NCBI GenBank assembly: GCA_963760615.1
Contig: CAVXDX010000014.1
Location: 71,999-135,998 of the forward strand
Length of the DNA: 64,000 bases
Source of the DNA: an uncultured Candidatus Micrarchaeota archaeon
Lineage (GTDB): Archaea; Micrarchaeota; Micrarchaeia; Burarchaeales; Fermentimicrarchaeaceae
Direction: 5' to 3'
Positions 18,501 to 27,655 of this stretch are shown here, piece after piece (position 1 is the first letter of the stretch; every line of letters starts with the position of its first letter). The notes beneath the pieces are model-generated. The model made no database searches. It was not told where the DNA came from and worked only from the letters and a program-made list of their open reading frames with translations. The position numbers were made by a program, and so were the translations under genes.

Positions 18501-19048
18501 ACTGCGGCAAAATCCCAGCAGCTGCCGCAGTCACCCTGGTCTTTGACCGGGGTCATCCAGTTGTAACCATTCACATTCCTCCAGTCAAAGTATGTGGGAA
18601 GAGTCACCTCAGAAACTGATTGTGTTGAGAATCCTGTTGCAGAAATTTTAGGTATTACGCCATGGTTCTTGGGAGTGTTTATCTGATGCGCTTTGACATC
18701 TGTAGTGAGGTTGATGAAGTAAGTCACTGGTATTCCTTTACTCTGCATCGCATGAACGCCTTTGGGGATGCAGATTGCGTTTTCGCTTTTGCCGCGGATG
18801 ACTGTTTGGATGTCATACCCATTCTTCACGCAGTAGGAGTAGTTAGCCCCGCATTTTCCACTTAAGAAATCCCACCCGCCACATTTCTCATTGTCGGGAA
18901 GGGTGCACTGGCCAGTTTCACCTTTGGGTGTTTTTATGATGTTGTAGGTGTAGCCCATCTGCGTGCAGTAAACAGCAGCGGGGTTGGGCAGCGCAAAAGA
19001 GAGGTTTATCAATATAAGAAATACTGCAATAAGGATTAGTTTATTCAT
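15521..19048 (-). CDS. Secreted, membrane-anchored papain-family (C1A) cysteine peptidase with DUF333-like, FN3, beta-helix and two dockerin-like modules
   Basis: Signal peptide; LPNPAAVYCTQMGY; FDWR..., KDQGDCGSCWDF (Cys), DHAVVIVGY (His), WIIKNSW (Asn); NTTYYAAIKAFD FN3; right-handed beta-helix repeats; C-terminal TM plus RKAKKK. Confidence 0.92.
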   Translation of the reverse strand: MNKLILIAVFLILINLSFALPNPAAVYCTQMGYTYNIIKTPKGETGQCTLPDNEKCGGWDFLSGKCGANYSYCVKNGYDIQTVIRGKSENAICIPKGVHAMQSKGIPVTYFINLTTDVKAHQINTPKNHGVIPKISATGFSTQSVSEVTLPTYFDWRNVNGYNWMTPVKDQGDCGSCWDFAAVGAVEANMKIQEYNSSSITPDLSEQDVLSCSGAGDCPNGGNSEPALDYIKNSGTVDEGCFPYQAVDANGNNFFGGGFTPVLCSDRCSNWRSRLFNISAWGYVPPNMVKQYLTTYGPLAVYLAMDGDPDSNGIFTCGGVSPAQDHAVVIVGYNDTGGYWIIKNSWSSDWNGDGYFNLYYNDCNIGNYMYVLLSSTQPAYPPTTVTDLSVANTTWTTMGLHWTAANVSTAGLVVNYYLIKYSTSPINKDNFDSVTSQTFYSSGDPAGTGETYALSGLRLNTTYYAAIKAFDDFGSASNISNVVSGKTKAAVAPGCDIPVDTSVMPVPLNQPNVIYCLMSNITVSQLGSVVKFVQGFASNVTLDCRGFTIRGNGSGIGVDFRWQSMSGTLKNCVITNFTHGIYLSKSYYNLITNDTITSNTYGITFSGSGYNTVTGSRIQNNAYGVYLTELDALVNPTYIFPSVQNSIFNNILNNTNNTLFTGFVQDNSWNTAFTQGRRMYTPGDYVGGNYWTNPSGNGYSDICTDAQATGFCDTPYFIYNETPTHFIDHTPPTQTDGLPYSKNWSAPARFGIPVAAIKTDITGYTYIPNIPNIKRLKIEEWCNMGNGWDPVTDGCGRILGDQAGGTSPYPSIKNWPDGNVDSSDMIIIFRALGSSEGMSNFNYMADVNPDRIIDESDNTTATRRLGLNGTYSSNLSRIMVWFDDISNPFIPDANGYILIPPGASHINVWGYYIGDGGAEVMSLITFYNTTPPIPAAALKGGPNGQLYVPNIPNMNYLKVDLWCNMSDTNCQSGKCGCTRMWCDQAGGKSPYPTIKFWPDGNVDGTDSILINRKFGTWEGSTGWDYMADCVLDRNVDGTDGIRAARNFGQGPFNYSTDLTNIKVLFNNDPGYKMPDAYGYIQIPAGAVNFTVYNGTKPVMALATFYNSSISYNLAAATKPSTQVQTTALMAPTQQMPVGNTWTTAVVLIAIIGLVIGYFVAREAMFSTATRKAKKK

Positions 19049-19139
19049 TGAACCACCCTGGTCGTACTCCACATTCTGAGTATTTATACATTCGCTTTTT
19101 TGCCCGCACTTATTTTAAATATCATTGTGAAAATAACTC

Positions 19140-20204
19140 ATGGCTTCTGCAGGAAAGCTCAAGGCATTGAGCGGCAGAGACTTTCTCACAATTGAGAGAA
19201 ATGCATTGATGCTGCTTTTCATATTGCTACTGCCTGTTGGGTTCGGGATAATGTTTGCGAGCTTCAGGCAGGTTATTCCAAAGAGCACTCCTGCCTCGGT
19301 AATAAAGGCGGATGCAAACGTGAGCGATGCGGATATGAGATTCGCAACCTTCAGCATACTCTCACAGTTCTGCTCCCCATCAGTTGATTCCAGAGAAGAG
19401 GCATTCAGGAAGCTCAGCAGGGAGGAGTCCTATTTCATAGTTTCAGTTCCATCAGGCATAAGGGAGGGAAGAGGCACTGTGACCATCTATGTTGACAACT
19501 CTCTTTCCCCCCTTGCAGAAGTTTCAGATTATGTTGTTGAGATACTGAAATACGAGCTGGGGAAGGCAGGCTTCTACCCGGAGATAAGTGTTGAGAAAAT
19601 GGGCAGGCGCATCTTGCCAATTGAGTACTTTGCACCGGGCGTGGTGATGATTCTGCTGGCAATGGCCGGCATTCTGATTGCACCTTTCAACACAATGAAG
19701 GACAGCAACATGATGCCGAGGGTGCTCTCCAGCGTGAATGCGTGGGAGTTCATCGCGAGCAAACTCCTGTTCTCCCTTCTCCTCGCATTGATTCAGATAG
19801 GGATACTGCTGGCGACGCAGAGCTATCTTGAAATGCCGATAATGGACATAAACTACCTCTCAGCCGCAATGGTAATACTAACATCCTTCGCGCTCACCTC
19901 AACAGGCATGTTCATAGCATTTGCATTGAAGCTTTCAAACATTGGGAGGTACGTCTGCTCCCTCCTCTTTGGGCTGGCGGTTGCCTTCTCAGGGATGCTC
20001 TACCCGCCTGGGTTCCTCCCCCCGTACCTGCAGCCTATTCCCAAAATCCTTCCAACTTATTATGCGCTTGTGGCTCTGAGGGGCTTTGCCGTTAAAGGCG
20101 TGGCTTGGGAAGTGCTGGTGGATTACATGGGGATAACAGTTGTATGGTCCATACTTTCACTGGCTCTCTTCTATTATTTTGTAAGGAGGTTTAGAGATGG
20201 GTGA
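19140..20204 (+). CDS. ABC-2 type transporter permease
   Basis: Six TM segments; EYFAPG; FSGMLYP...LPPYLQ..PTYY ABC-2 signature. Confidence 0.88.
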   Translation: MASAGKLKALSGRDFLTIERNALMLLFILLLPVGFGIMFASFRQVIPKSTPASVIKADANVSDADMRFATFSILSQFCSPSVDSREEAFRKLSREESYFIVSVPSGIREGRGTVTIYVDNSLSPLAEVSDYVVEILKYELGKAGFYPEISVEKMGRRILPIEYFAPGVVMILLAMAGILIAPFNTMKDSNMMPRVLSSVNAWEFIASKLLFSLLLALIQIGILLATQSYLEMPIMDINYLSAAMVILTSFALTSTGMFIAFALKLSNIGRYVCSLLFGLAVAFSGMLYPPGFLPPYLQPIPKILPTYYALVALRGFAVKGVAWEVLVDYMGITVVWSILSLALFYYFVRRFRDG

Positions 20205-20871
20205 CGCAGTTGTTGTGAATGATGTGAGCAAATACTTCAGGGGGAGGCCTGCCCTTATTGGTGTTTCCCTGAGGATACCTGCAGGATGCATCTTCTGCAT
20301 AGCTGGCCCCAACGGGAGCGGAAAGACCACACTGCTTAACATAATCGCAGGGGTTCTCTCACCAAGTAAAGGAAGAATTGAAGTTGACAGAACGAAGTTA
20401 GGGTATGCATACCAGCATCCCAGGCTGAGCGAGGAGCTGACAGTGGGTGAGAATCTGTCCTTCTTCTCCCAGCTTAGCGAGGCAAAGGATGCTGAGTGGG
20501 GCAGGAATTTAATCAGAGTACTGAAGCTTGATGGGATTTTGAATGAGAATGTAGATGCGCTCTCTTCAGGAACTATGAAGCGGCTTGAGATAACTGTGAG
20601 CCTTCTTCGCAATCCTGAGATAGTTCTTCTTGATGAGCCAACCGCAGGGCTTGATACGGAATCGACAAAAGAAATTCTGGGGCTGCTGAAGCTTTTCAAA
20701 AAAGAGGGTAAGACTGTGGTGGTTGCAACCCACCAGCTGGAGAATTTCTGCGGGGTCTGCGAGAGGCTTGCCGTGCTCTCTGAAGGTAGAGTGGTGCTTG
20801 AGAGGGAAATTGGAAAGGTTACTGAGAAGAAACTGATGCAGTTTTACGAAAGCGCTGTAGGGAAAGGTTAA
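20197..20871 (+). CDS. ABC transporter ATP-binding protein
   Basis: GPNGSGKTT Walker A, LSSG signature, LLDEPT Walker B, ATH switch. Confidence 0.95.
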   Translation: MGDAVVVNDVSKYFRGRPALIGVSLRIPAGCIFCIAGPNGSGKTTLLNIIAGVLSPSKGRIEVDRTKLGYAYQHPRLSEELTVGENLSFFSQLSEAKDAEWGRNLIRVLKLDGILNENVDALSSGTMKRLEITVSLLRNPEIVLLDEPTAGLDTESTKEILGLLKLFKKEGKTVVVATHQLENFCGVCERLAVLSEGRVVLEREIGKVTEKKLMQFYESAVGKG

Positions 20872-20898
20872 ATAACAATATAGACAAATATCCCCTAC

Positions 20899-21426
20899 AT
20901 GAGGGGCTTGTTCATAGGCAGGTTTCAGCCGTTCCACAATGGCCATTTGAAAGGAATTGAGTGGGCGCTGAAGAGATGCAACGAGCTTGTCATAGCTGTG
21001 GGCAGCACCCAGCGCTCTTTCGACAGGATGGATTTGTTCACTGCAGGGGAGAGAATTGGAATGATAAGGAGAGCCATTAAAGCAAGGAAGATTGAAGGGA
21101 AATGCATTATTGTACCTGTTTCTGACATAAACAACAACGCCCTGTGGGTGAGCCACCTCAAATCTCTCTGCCCCGAGTTTCATGTTGTCTTCTCCAACAA
21201 TTCACTTGTCAAGCTGCTCTTCTCGGAGGCGGGCATGAAAGTGCTTGAAGTTCCTCTTTTTGATAGGAAGAAGTGCGATGGGACGTACATAAGGCGGCTC
21301 ATGCTCTCAGGAAATAAATGGAAGGAACTCGTCCCTCCCGAGGTGGCGGAGTTTATAGCAGAGAGCAAAGGTGCTGAAAGGCTCAGGAGTATTTCAAAAG
21401 GGGATAAAGGCGAGGTGGTAAGGTGA
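20899..21426 (+). CDS. nadM: Nicotinamide-nucleotide adenylyltransferase (archaeal NMNAT)
   Basis: GLFIGRFQPFHNGH, FTAGERIGMI, GTYIRRLM...WKELVP. Confidence 0.93.
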   Translation: MRGLFIGRFQPFHNGHLKGIEWALKRCNELVIAVGSTQRSFDRMDLFTAGERIGMIRRAIKARKIEGKCIIVPVSDINNNALWVSHLKSLCPEFHVVFSNNSLVKLLFSEAGMKVLEVPLFDRKKCDGTYIRRLMLSGNKWKELVPPEVAEFIAESKGAERLRSISKGDKGEVVR

Positions 21427-22652
21427 AAATTGCTTATTTCGTATGGGAGTACCCTCCAAGGCTTGTTGGCGGGCTTGGAACCTATGCTGCTGAGATAACC
21501 AAGAAGTTTGACGAGATGGGGCACAAGCTTGTGGTTTTCACCATGAATGACGGGGAGAAGCTCCCCACGAAGGAGGAGAAGAACAACATAACTATCCATA
21601 GGCCGCTGCTTGCAGATGCAACTCCTGTGCTGCCAACATTTGTTGACGAAGAGATAAAGAGGTGGGGGGATGGCCTGAAGTTTTTCTCTGACATACTCAC
21701 CTACAACTTCCTCTCTGCGAACAAGTTCGCAAACGAGGTTGCTAGGAAGGAGGACTTTGATATTGTTGTCTGTCATGACTGGCTCTCTGCAATTGCAGGA
21801 GTGATTGCAAAGAAGAACACAAACAAGCCGATGGTTTTCCATGTGCATTCCACGGAGCATGGCAGGAGCGGGGGGGGAGGCTCCCAGACGATAAGGGATT
21901 TGGAGTTCTCAACTGCAAGCTATGCAGACAGGATAATAACCGTCAGCTTCGCCATGAGGGATGAGCTGCACAGGTTGTACTTCCCCGCGGATAGGATAAG
22001 GGTGTGCTGGAATGGGGTGGATGAGAAGAAGTATGACATAGGAAGGTTCGGCAAACAGCAGATTGATGAATTTAAGGCGAAGATTGGAATAAAGGAAGGG
22101 GATAAGCCAATTCTCTTCACGGGAAGGCTCACATGGGTCAAGGGGGCTAACAGCCTCGTGAATGCAATGCCCGAGATACTGAGGGAGTGCCCGGAGGCCA
22201 GGTTGATTATACTCGGCAGGGGGGAGATGGCTGACGAGCTGAAGGTTCTTGCAAGGCAGCTCAGCATAGGCGACAAGATAACAATGATTGACAGGTGGGT
22301 CGGCGAGGAGGAGAGAATCATGCTATACGCCAGCAGCTACATGGTGTGCGCCCCTTCCAGGTACGAGCCCTTCGGCATAGTTTCCCTTGAGGGTATGAGC
22401 ATGGGGAAGCCCGTGCTTGTGGGAAGAGGTGGACTGCGGGAGGCTGTGGTGGAGGGGGAGACTGGCTTCTTCTGTGAGCCTGATGACGCCCATGATGTGG
22501 CAGTAAAGGCGCTGAAAATACTGAAAAACCCTGAGCTGGCGAGGAAGCTTGGCGAGAATGGGAGGGCAAGGGTGCTCAAGGATTTCACATGGGATAAGAT
22601 TGCGAGGGACACTATTGAGATATACCAGAATGTCATTGACAAGAAAGGGTGA
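21423..22652 (+). CDS. GT-B glycosyltransferase family 4 (glycogen-synthase-like)
   Basis: WEYPPRLVGGLG, CHDWL, HVHSTE, PSRYEPFGIVSLEGM. Confidence 0.93.
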   Translation: MKIAYFVWEYPPRLVGGLGTYAAEITKKFDEMGHKLVVFTMNDGEKLPTKEEKNNITIHRPLLADATPVLPTFVDEEIKRWGDGLKFFSDILTYNFLSANKFANEVARKEDFDIVVCHDWLSAIAGVIAKKNTNKPMVFHVHSTEHGRSGGGGSQTIRDLEFSTASYADRIITVSFAMRDELHRLYFPADRIRVCWNGVDEKKYDIGRFGKQQIDEFKAKIGIKEGDKPILFTGRLTWVKGANSLVNAMPEILRECPEARLIILGRGEMADELKVLARQLSIGDKITMIDRWVGEEERIMLYASSYMVCAPSRYEPFGIVSLEGMSMGKPVLVGRGGLREAVVEGETGFFCEPDDAHDVAVKALKILKNPELARKLGENGRARVLKDFTWDKIARDTIEIYQNVIDKKG

Positions 22653-22686
22653 CTGCCCAAAGCCCGCACAGCATTGAGGCGATGCA

Positions 22687-23325
22687 ATGGAAACGGCTGA
22701 ACTGATAAAAGACCTAAAAAACGCTATGGGCGTTGCAGGCATCATCTGCAGTGCGATTGGAATCATTGCAACAATTGTGCTGTATTTCGTATTGTCTCCT
22801 CTCGTTGACAGAATGGGAGCAACGACAGTTATTGCCATGAACGATATGACGGCAGCTGTCGGCGGGGGTGTTGCATCTCTCAAGTCGGCGTCGGACAGCA
22901 TCACCTCACTCTCTGACTTCTCCAGAAACATGTCAGCATCAATGGGGAAGCTACAGAACGGAACAAGCAAATTCTCATCCTCTCTCTCAAACCTATCCAG
23001 AGATATCGGCAGTCTTGAGCCGTCAGTATCAAAAGATTCGCTGGAGCAGCTCAACGATTCGGCAAACTCATTCTCGGAATTCTCAGCACAGCTTGGAGAG
23101 GCGCGCTCCTCTCTCGACTCGACGTCATCTTCCCTGAGGGATACGTCAGCTGGCGTCAACTCGACAAGAGATAATGTAGCGAGCGCTGAAGTTGATATAA
23201 GCGAAATGAAGGATACGTTGAATGGGGTTATCGGGGGGCTGAAGCTCGCGCTGCTTGTTGGAACGTTTATTGCAATACTGCTCTTCCTCGCCCTTATGTG
23301 CTACTCAGTGGGCATACTGCTTTAA
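22687..23325 (+). CDS. Membrane protein with Ser-rich coiled-coil periplasm-like domain
   Basis: N- and C-terminal TM helices around a heptad, Ser-rich region. Confidence 0.7.
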   Translation: METAELIKDLKNAMGVAGIICSAIGIIATIVLYFVLSPLVDRMGATTVIAMNDMTAAVGGGVASLKSASDSITSLSDFSRNMSASMGKLQNGTSKFSSSLSNLSRDIGSLEPSVSKDSLEQLNDSANSFSEFSAQLGEARSSLDSTSSSLRDTSAGVNSTRDNVASAEVDISEMKDTLNGVIGGLKLALLVGTFIAILLFLALMCYSVGILL

Positions 23326-23326
23326 A

Positions 23327-23536
23327 CTAGAGGACTACTTCTCCAATCGCAAATGTTCTTCTCAGCGCAGTTATCTTCACCTTAACCTTATCCCCTACTT
23401 TGGCGTTGGGGATGAATATTACGAATCCCTCGTAATGCGCGATTCCATCGCCCTTGCTTCCCTGCGCGTCTATTGTCACCTCATACTCCTTGCCTTCCTC
23501 AACCGGCGCATTCATCGAAATTCCCATCTCCTTCAC
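23327..23536 (-). CDS. Single TRAM-domain RNA-binding protein
   Basis: APVEEGKEYEVTID..G.KGDGIA..EGFVIFIP....GDKVKVKI archaeal TRAM pattern. Confidence 0.92.
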   Translation of the reverse strand: MKEMGISMNAPVEEGKEYEVTIDAQGSKGDGIAHYEGFVIFIPNAKVGDKVKVKITALRRTFAIGEVVL

Positions 23537-23630
23537 CTCTCTACGAGCCTCAGAATAGTTAACCTGCAGCCCCTCCAGGTATTATTTTATCGTTCCATTT
23601 TAAAAAACTGTTTGTGGAGACAAAAAAAGC

Positions 23631-24359
23631 CTAAATGCCCTCGCTCATCTCCTTTCCAAGCTCCAGGCCTGCAACCACGTCTGGAAGCACAACAATCTCA
23701 GCCCCTGCCCTATGAAGCTTGCTCACAACTTCCTCTGAAACCGCTCGGCTTGCTATGGTAAGGTCTTGGTTGAGCTCCCTTGCAGTGAGGGTTATGTAAA
23801 CGTTCTTAGTGTCGTTGCCCAGTGCCGCTATGAGACCTCCAGCCCTCTCTATTCCAGCTAATTTCAAAACCTTGGAGTGGGTTGCGTCTCCTTCCACAAC
23901 AGGTATGTTCATCTCCCTCAACAGCTTCACCGTCTGGGGGTTCCTGTCGACAACCACGTATGCCATTGTGTGGTCGTCCAGCACCTCGCAAGCCTTCTGC
24001 CCAACCTTGCCGTAGCCGCAGACTATGATGTGATCGTTCATGGAGTCTATCTTTCTCCTCATTTCTCTTTTATGCACGTCTATTTTGGAGAGTATATTGA
24101 CGAATTTTGCTGTTACGAAAGTTACAAGGATTAGATAGGCCAAGCCGTTTATAAAAGTGAATATCTGGACTGTCCAAAGTTCGTAGAAGTGCGGGACATC
24201 AAGAACCAGTCCTGGTACGCTGAATATTGTTGCTGCAGTCCAGTACAGAGCAATTGATGGGCTTACATTGCTTATTAGAGTCAGTGAGGAAAATGAAATA
24301 ATGAAAACGCAGACTATTATAAAGGCAATAGCATAGTCGAGTTTCCACCTGAATGCCAT
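23631..24359 (-). CDS. MthK-like channel protein (2 TM + pore + RCK/TrkA-N)
   Basis: TM1, pore helix LYWTAATI, TM2, then DHIIVCGYGKVG...GDAT RCK domain; GYG filter absent. Confidence 0.82.
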   Translation of the reverse strand: MAFRWKLDYAIAFIIVCVFIISFSSLTLISNVSPSIALYWTAATIFSVPGLVLDVPHFYELWTVQIFTFINGLAYLILVTFVTAKFVNILSKIDVHKREMRRKIDSMNDHIIVCGYGKVGQKACEVLDDHTMAYVVVDRNPQTVKLLREMNIPVVEGDATHSKVLKLAGIERAGGLIAALGNDTKNVYITLTARELNQDLTIASRAVSEEVVSKLHRAGAEIVVLPDVVAGLELGKEMSEGI

Positions 24360-24361
24360 CC

Positions 24362-24823
24362 TTACACCTTCAAGCTCCTTATATTCAGCTTTCTCCTCAC
24401 CATCTCCTTCCCAAGCTCCATTCCGCCAACCACTTCAGGAAGAACAACGATGCCTGCTCCTGCCCTGTGCATCTTGTTGACAACCTCCTCTGAAACCGCC
24501 CTGCTTGCAATTAACAAATCAGGGTTGAGCTCCCTTGCAGTTAGGACTACAAAAACATTGTTGGTGTCATTTCCAAACGTTGCGACAAGCCCCTTCGCCT
24601 TCTCTACTCCTGCCATCTTTAGTACTCTTGAATGGGTTGCATCGCCTTCAATAACATTGATTTTTGTTTCTCTGAGAAGCTTTGCGATGGTGGGGTTTTG
24701 ATCTATCACAACATATTCCTTCTTCGCCTCATCGAGAACCTCGCAGACCTTCTCCCCTATCTTGCCGTATCCGCAGACTATGACATGCCCTTCAATAGAC
24801 TCTGTTTTCTTCATTGCACTCAC
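24362..24823 (-). CDS. Stand-alone RCK/TrkA-N domain protein
   Basis: HVIVCGYGKIG...GDATHSRVL; close paralog of the RCK domain of the adjacent channel. Confidence 0.9.
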   Translation of the reverse strand: MSAMKKTESIEGHVIVCGYGKIGEKVCEVLDEAKKEYVVIDQNPTIAKLLRETKINVIEGDATHSRVLKMAGVEKAKGLVATFGNDTNNVFVVLTARELNPDLLIASRAVSEEVVNKMHRAGAGIVVLPEVVGGMELGKEMVRRKLNIRSLKV

Positions 24824-24885
24824 AAGAGAGTATTAATGATGGATAACTTTAATACTTTTGCCCGTTTTAATAATTTTGTATTGGT

Positions 24886-27636
24886 GTGGGTATGGAATGG
24901 CACAGCAGCGGGGTCAAGGAGGTTCTTTCCGAGCTTAAAACATCTGAGAAGGGCCTCTCCAGTGGGGAGGCAAAGAGGAGGCTTGAGAAGTACGGCTCCA
25001 ATGAGCTAAAGGAGGTGGAGAAGGAAAGCCTGCTTCGGAAGTTTCTGGGGCAGTTCAGGGACACGCTGGTAATCATCCTTATTGTCTCGGCTGTCATAGC
25101 TGCTTTTCTAGGCGAGATTGTTGATGCGGTTGCCATAATTATAATCGTCATACTGAATGCAATTCTCGGCTTTGTGCAGGATTACAAAGCTGAGAAGTCC
25201 CTTGAAGCTTTGAAGAAACTGGCTGCGTCACAGGCAAGGGTGATGAGAGATGAGGATGAGGCACATATACCTGCAAGCGAGCTTGTTCCCGGGGATATCC
25301 TGCTCGTAGAGAGCGGAGACAGGCTGCCTGCTGACGCAAGAATAATCCACACAGTGGACATGAGGGTTGATGAGAGTTCCCTCACAGGTGAGTCTGCCCC
25401 TGTTGGAAAGGAGAGCGCTCCCGTGAAAAGGGATGCACAGGTGAGCGAGAGGAAGAGCATGCTCTTCATGGGAACTGCAGTTGCGTACGGGAGAGGAACT
25501 GCTGTTGTCACAGACACTGGGATGAACACCCAGATTGGCAGGATTGCCGAGATAATTCAAACAACTGAGGAGGAAATGACTCCGCTGCAGAAAAGGCTGG
25601 AGAAATTCGGTAAGCAGCTTGGGGTAGGCATACTCATCATATGCGGAATTGTTTTCCTCAGCGAGATAATGGAGAGCCCTTACTTGCTGGGCTTGCTCGC
25701 TTCCATGAAGCTTGTTGAATTCTTGACCAGCCAGCAGTTCGTAGAACTCTTCCTCATCTCTGTGAGCCTTGCAGTGGCTGCAATTCCGGAAGGGCTGCCT
25801 GCGATAATAACAATCACGCTTGCTCTTGGCGTGCAGAGAATGGTGAGGAGAAATTCAATCCTGAGGAAGCTGCATGCGGTTGAAACCCTTGGCTCAACTG
25901 GAGTGATATGCTCGGATAAGACAGGCACTCTCACAAGGAGTGAGATGACAGTGAGGAAGCTCTACGTTGGGAGAGATTGCATAGAAGTCACTGGGCAAGG
26001 GTATGAGCCGAAAGGAGATTTCATGAGAGGCGATGACAAGCTGAATGCTGAAAAGGAGAAGGATCTCTCTCTTCTTCTGAGAGTAGGCTCGCTCTGCAAC
26101 AACTCCCATTTGGACAGCGCAGAAGGCTGGAAGGTTTCTGGCGACCCGACTGAAGGCGCGCTGGTTGTTGCTGCTGAAAAAGCAGGGCTTGGGCAGGATG
26201 AGCTCAAGAGGAAATTCCAGAGGATTGAGGAGATTCCGTTTGATTCTGAGAGGAAGAGGATGACAACCATCCACAAAACTCCTGGAGGAAGTGAAGCATA
26301 CATGAAAGGAGCCTGTGAGGTAGTGCTGGGGCTGTGCTCTTCTGTGCTTGAGGATGGGAAGGTGAAGAATCTCACTCCTGAGAAGAGAAAGGAGATTCTC
26401 AAGGTAAATTCGGGGATGGCAAATGATGCTCTGAGAGTGCTGGCATGCGCCTACAGGAAGCTGGAATCAAAGAATTACTCTCCTGAAAGGGTTGAGAGGG
26501 ATATGATTTTTATAGGTCTCATGGGGATGATGGACCCGCCGAGGGAGGAAGTTTTCGATGCAGTGAGGAAATGCGAAAGAGCCGGCATGCGGGTGGTGAT
26601 GATAACAGGGGACCACAAGATAACTGCAGTGGCAGTCGCAAAAGAGCTTGGGATAATGAAGAGGGGTTCAAAGGTGCTCACGGGGGAGGAGCTTGACAAG
26701 CTTGGGGAGAAGGGGCTCGAGAGAATAGTTGACGATGTTGCGGTCTATGCAAGGGTGTCTCCCCAGCACAAGATAATGATTGTCAAAGCCCTCAAGGCGA
26801 AATCTTATATAGTTGCCATGACTGGAGATGGCGTGAATGACGCGCCTGCCTTGAAAATGTCAGATATTGGGATTGCCATGGGTGTTACAGGGACGGATGT
26901 TGCAAAAGAGGCAAGCGATATGATTCTTGCAGATGACAACTTTGCCTCCATTGTTGCCGCAGTTGAGGAGGGCAGGGGGATATTTGACAATATAAAGAAG
27001 TTCATCAAGTACCTGCTTTCGTGCAATGCAGGTGAGGTTCTCACAATATTCTTTGCCCCTTTACTCAACCTTCCTATTCCACTTCTGCCTCCGCAGATTC
27101 TTATGATGAACCTTGTCACGGATGGCTTGCCTGCGCTTGCACTTGGTGTAGACCCTCCTTCGAAGAATATAATGGAAAGGCTTCCCAGAGACCCGAAGGA
27201 GGACATAGTGAAGCCGATGTTCCCAAACATAGCTATGGTGGGGCTGTTGATCATGGTGGGGACGCTTTTTGTTTTTAGCGATTTTTATGAGAACAATCCG
27301 GCAAACATTGACATTGCGAGGACAGCTGCGTTCACGACAATTGTCATGTTCGAGTTATTTATTGCATTCGCATGCAGGGATGAGCGCGCAACATTGCTTG
27401 AAGTCGGAGTGTTCTCCAACTGGTCGCTCATACTGGCAATTCTCTCATCACTCATACTGCAAATTGCGGTGATCTATATACCTGCTCTGCAACCGCTTTT
27501 CAAAACAGTGCCGCTTTCTCTGCACGACTGGGTGATTATACTCATCATCTCAAGCACGGCATTCTTTGCAATGGAGATTACAAAAATACTGCAGAGAAGG
27601 TTTAGCAGAAGCGAGCGAGAAACCCACACTCTTTAG
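24886..27636 (+). CDS. P-type cation-transporting ATPase (type IIA, Ca2+-like)
   Basis: TGES, IPEGL, DKTGTLT, KGA, MITGDH, TGDGVNDAPAL. Confidence 0.97.
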   Translation: MGMEWHSSGVKEVLSELKTSEKGLSSGEAKRRLEKYGSNELKEVEKESLLRKFLGQFRDTLVIILIVSAVIAAFLGEIVDAVAIIIIVILNAILGFVQDYKAEKSLEALKKLAASQARVMRDEDEAHIPASELVPGDILLVESGDRLPADARIIHTVDMRVDESSLTGESAPVGKESAPVKRDAQVSERKSMLFMGTAVAYGRGTAVVTDTGMNTQIGRIAEIIQTTEEEMTPLQKRLEKFGKQLGVGILIICGIVFLSEIMESPYLLGLLASMKLVEFLTSQQFVELFLISVSLAVAAIPEGLPAIITITLALGVQRMVRRNSILRKLHAVETLGSTGVICSDKTGTLTRSEMTVRKLYVGRDCIEVTGQGYEPKGDFMRGDDKLNAEKEKDLSLLLRVGSLCNNSHLDSAEGWKVSGDPTEGALVVAAEKAGLGQDELKRKFQRIEEIPFDSERKRMTTIHKTPGGSEAYMKGACEVVLGLCSSVLEDGKVKNLTPEKRKEILKVNSGMANDALRVLACAYRKLESKNYSPERVERDMIFIGLMGMMDPPREEVFDAVRKCERAGMRVVMITGDHKITAVAVAKELGIMKRGSKVLTGEELDKLGEKGLERIVDDVAVYARVSPQHKIMIVKALKAKSYIVAMTGDGVNDAPALKMSDIGIAMGVTGTDVAKEASDMILADDNFASIVAAVEEGRGIFDNIKKFIKYLLSCNAGEVLTIFFAPLLNLPIPLLPPQILMMNLVTDGLPALALGVDPPSKNIMERLPRDPKEDIVKPMFPNIAMVGLLIMVGTLFVFSDFYENNPANIDIARTAAFTTIVMFELFIAFACRDERATLLEVGVFSNWSLILAILSSLILQIAVIYIPALQPLFKTVPLSLHDWVIILIISSTAFFAMEITKILQRRFSRSERETHTL

Positions 27637-27655
27637 GGGTTGAGCACGTCACAAA

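Noticed and set aside
27637-27655. gggttgagcac as a further core-repeat copy
   Set aside because: Only GAGCAC matches; no core or arm similarity.
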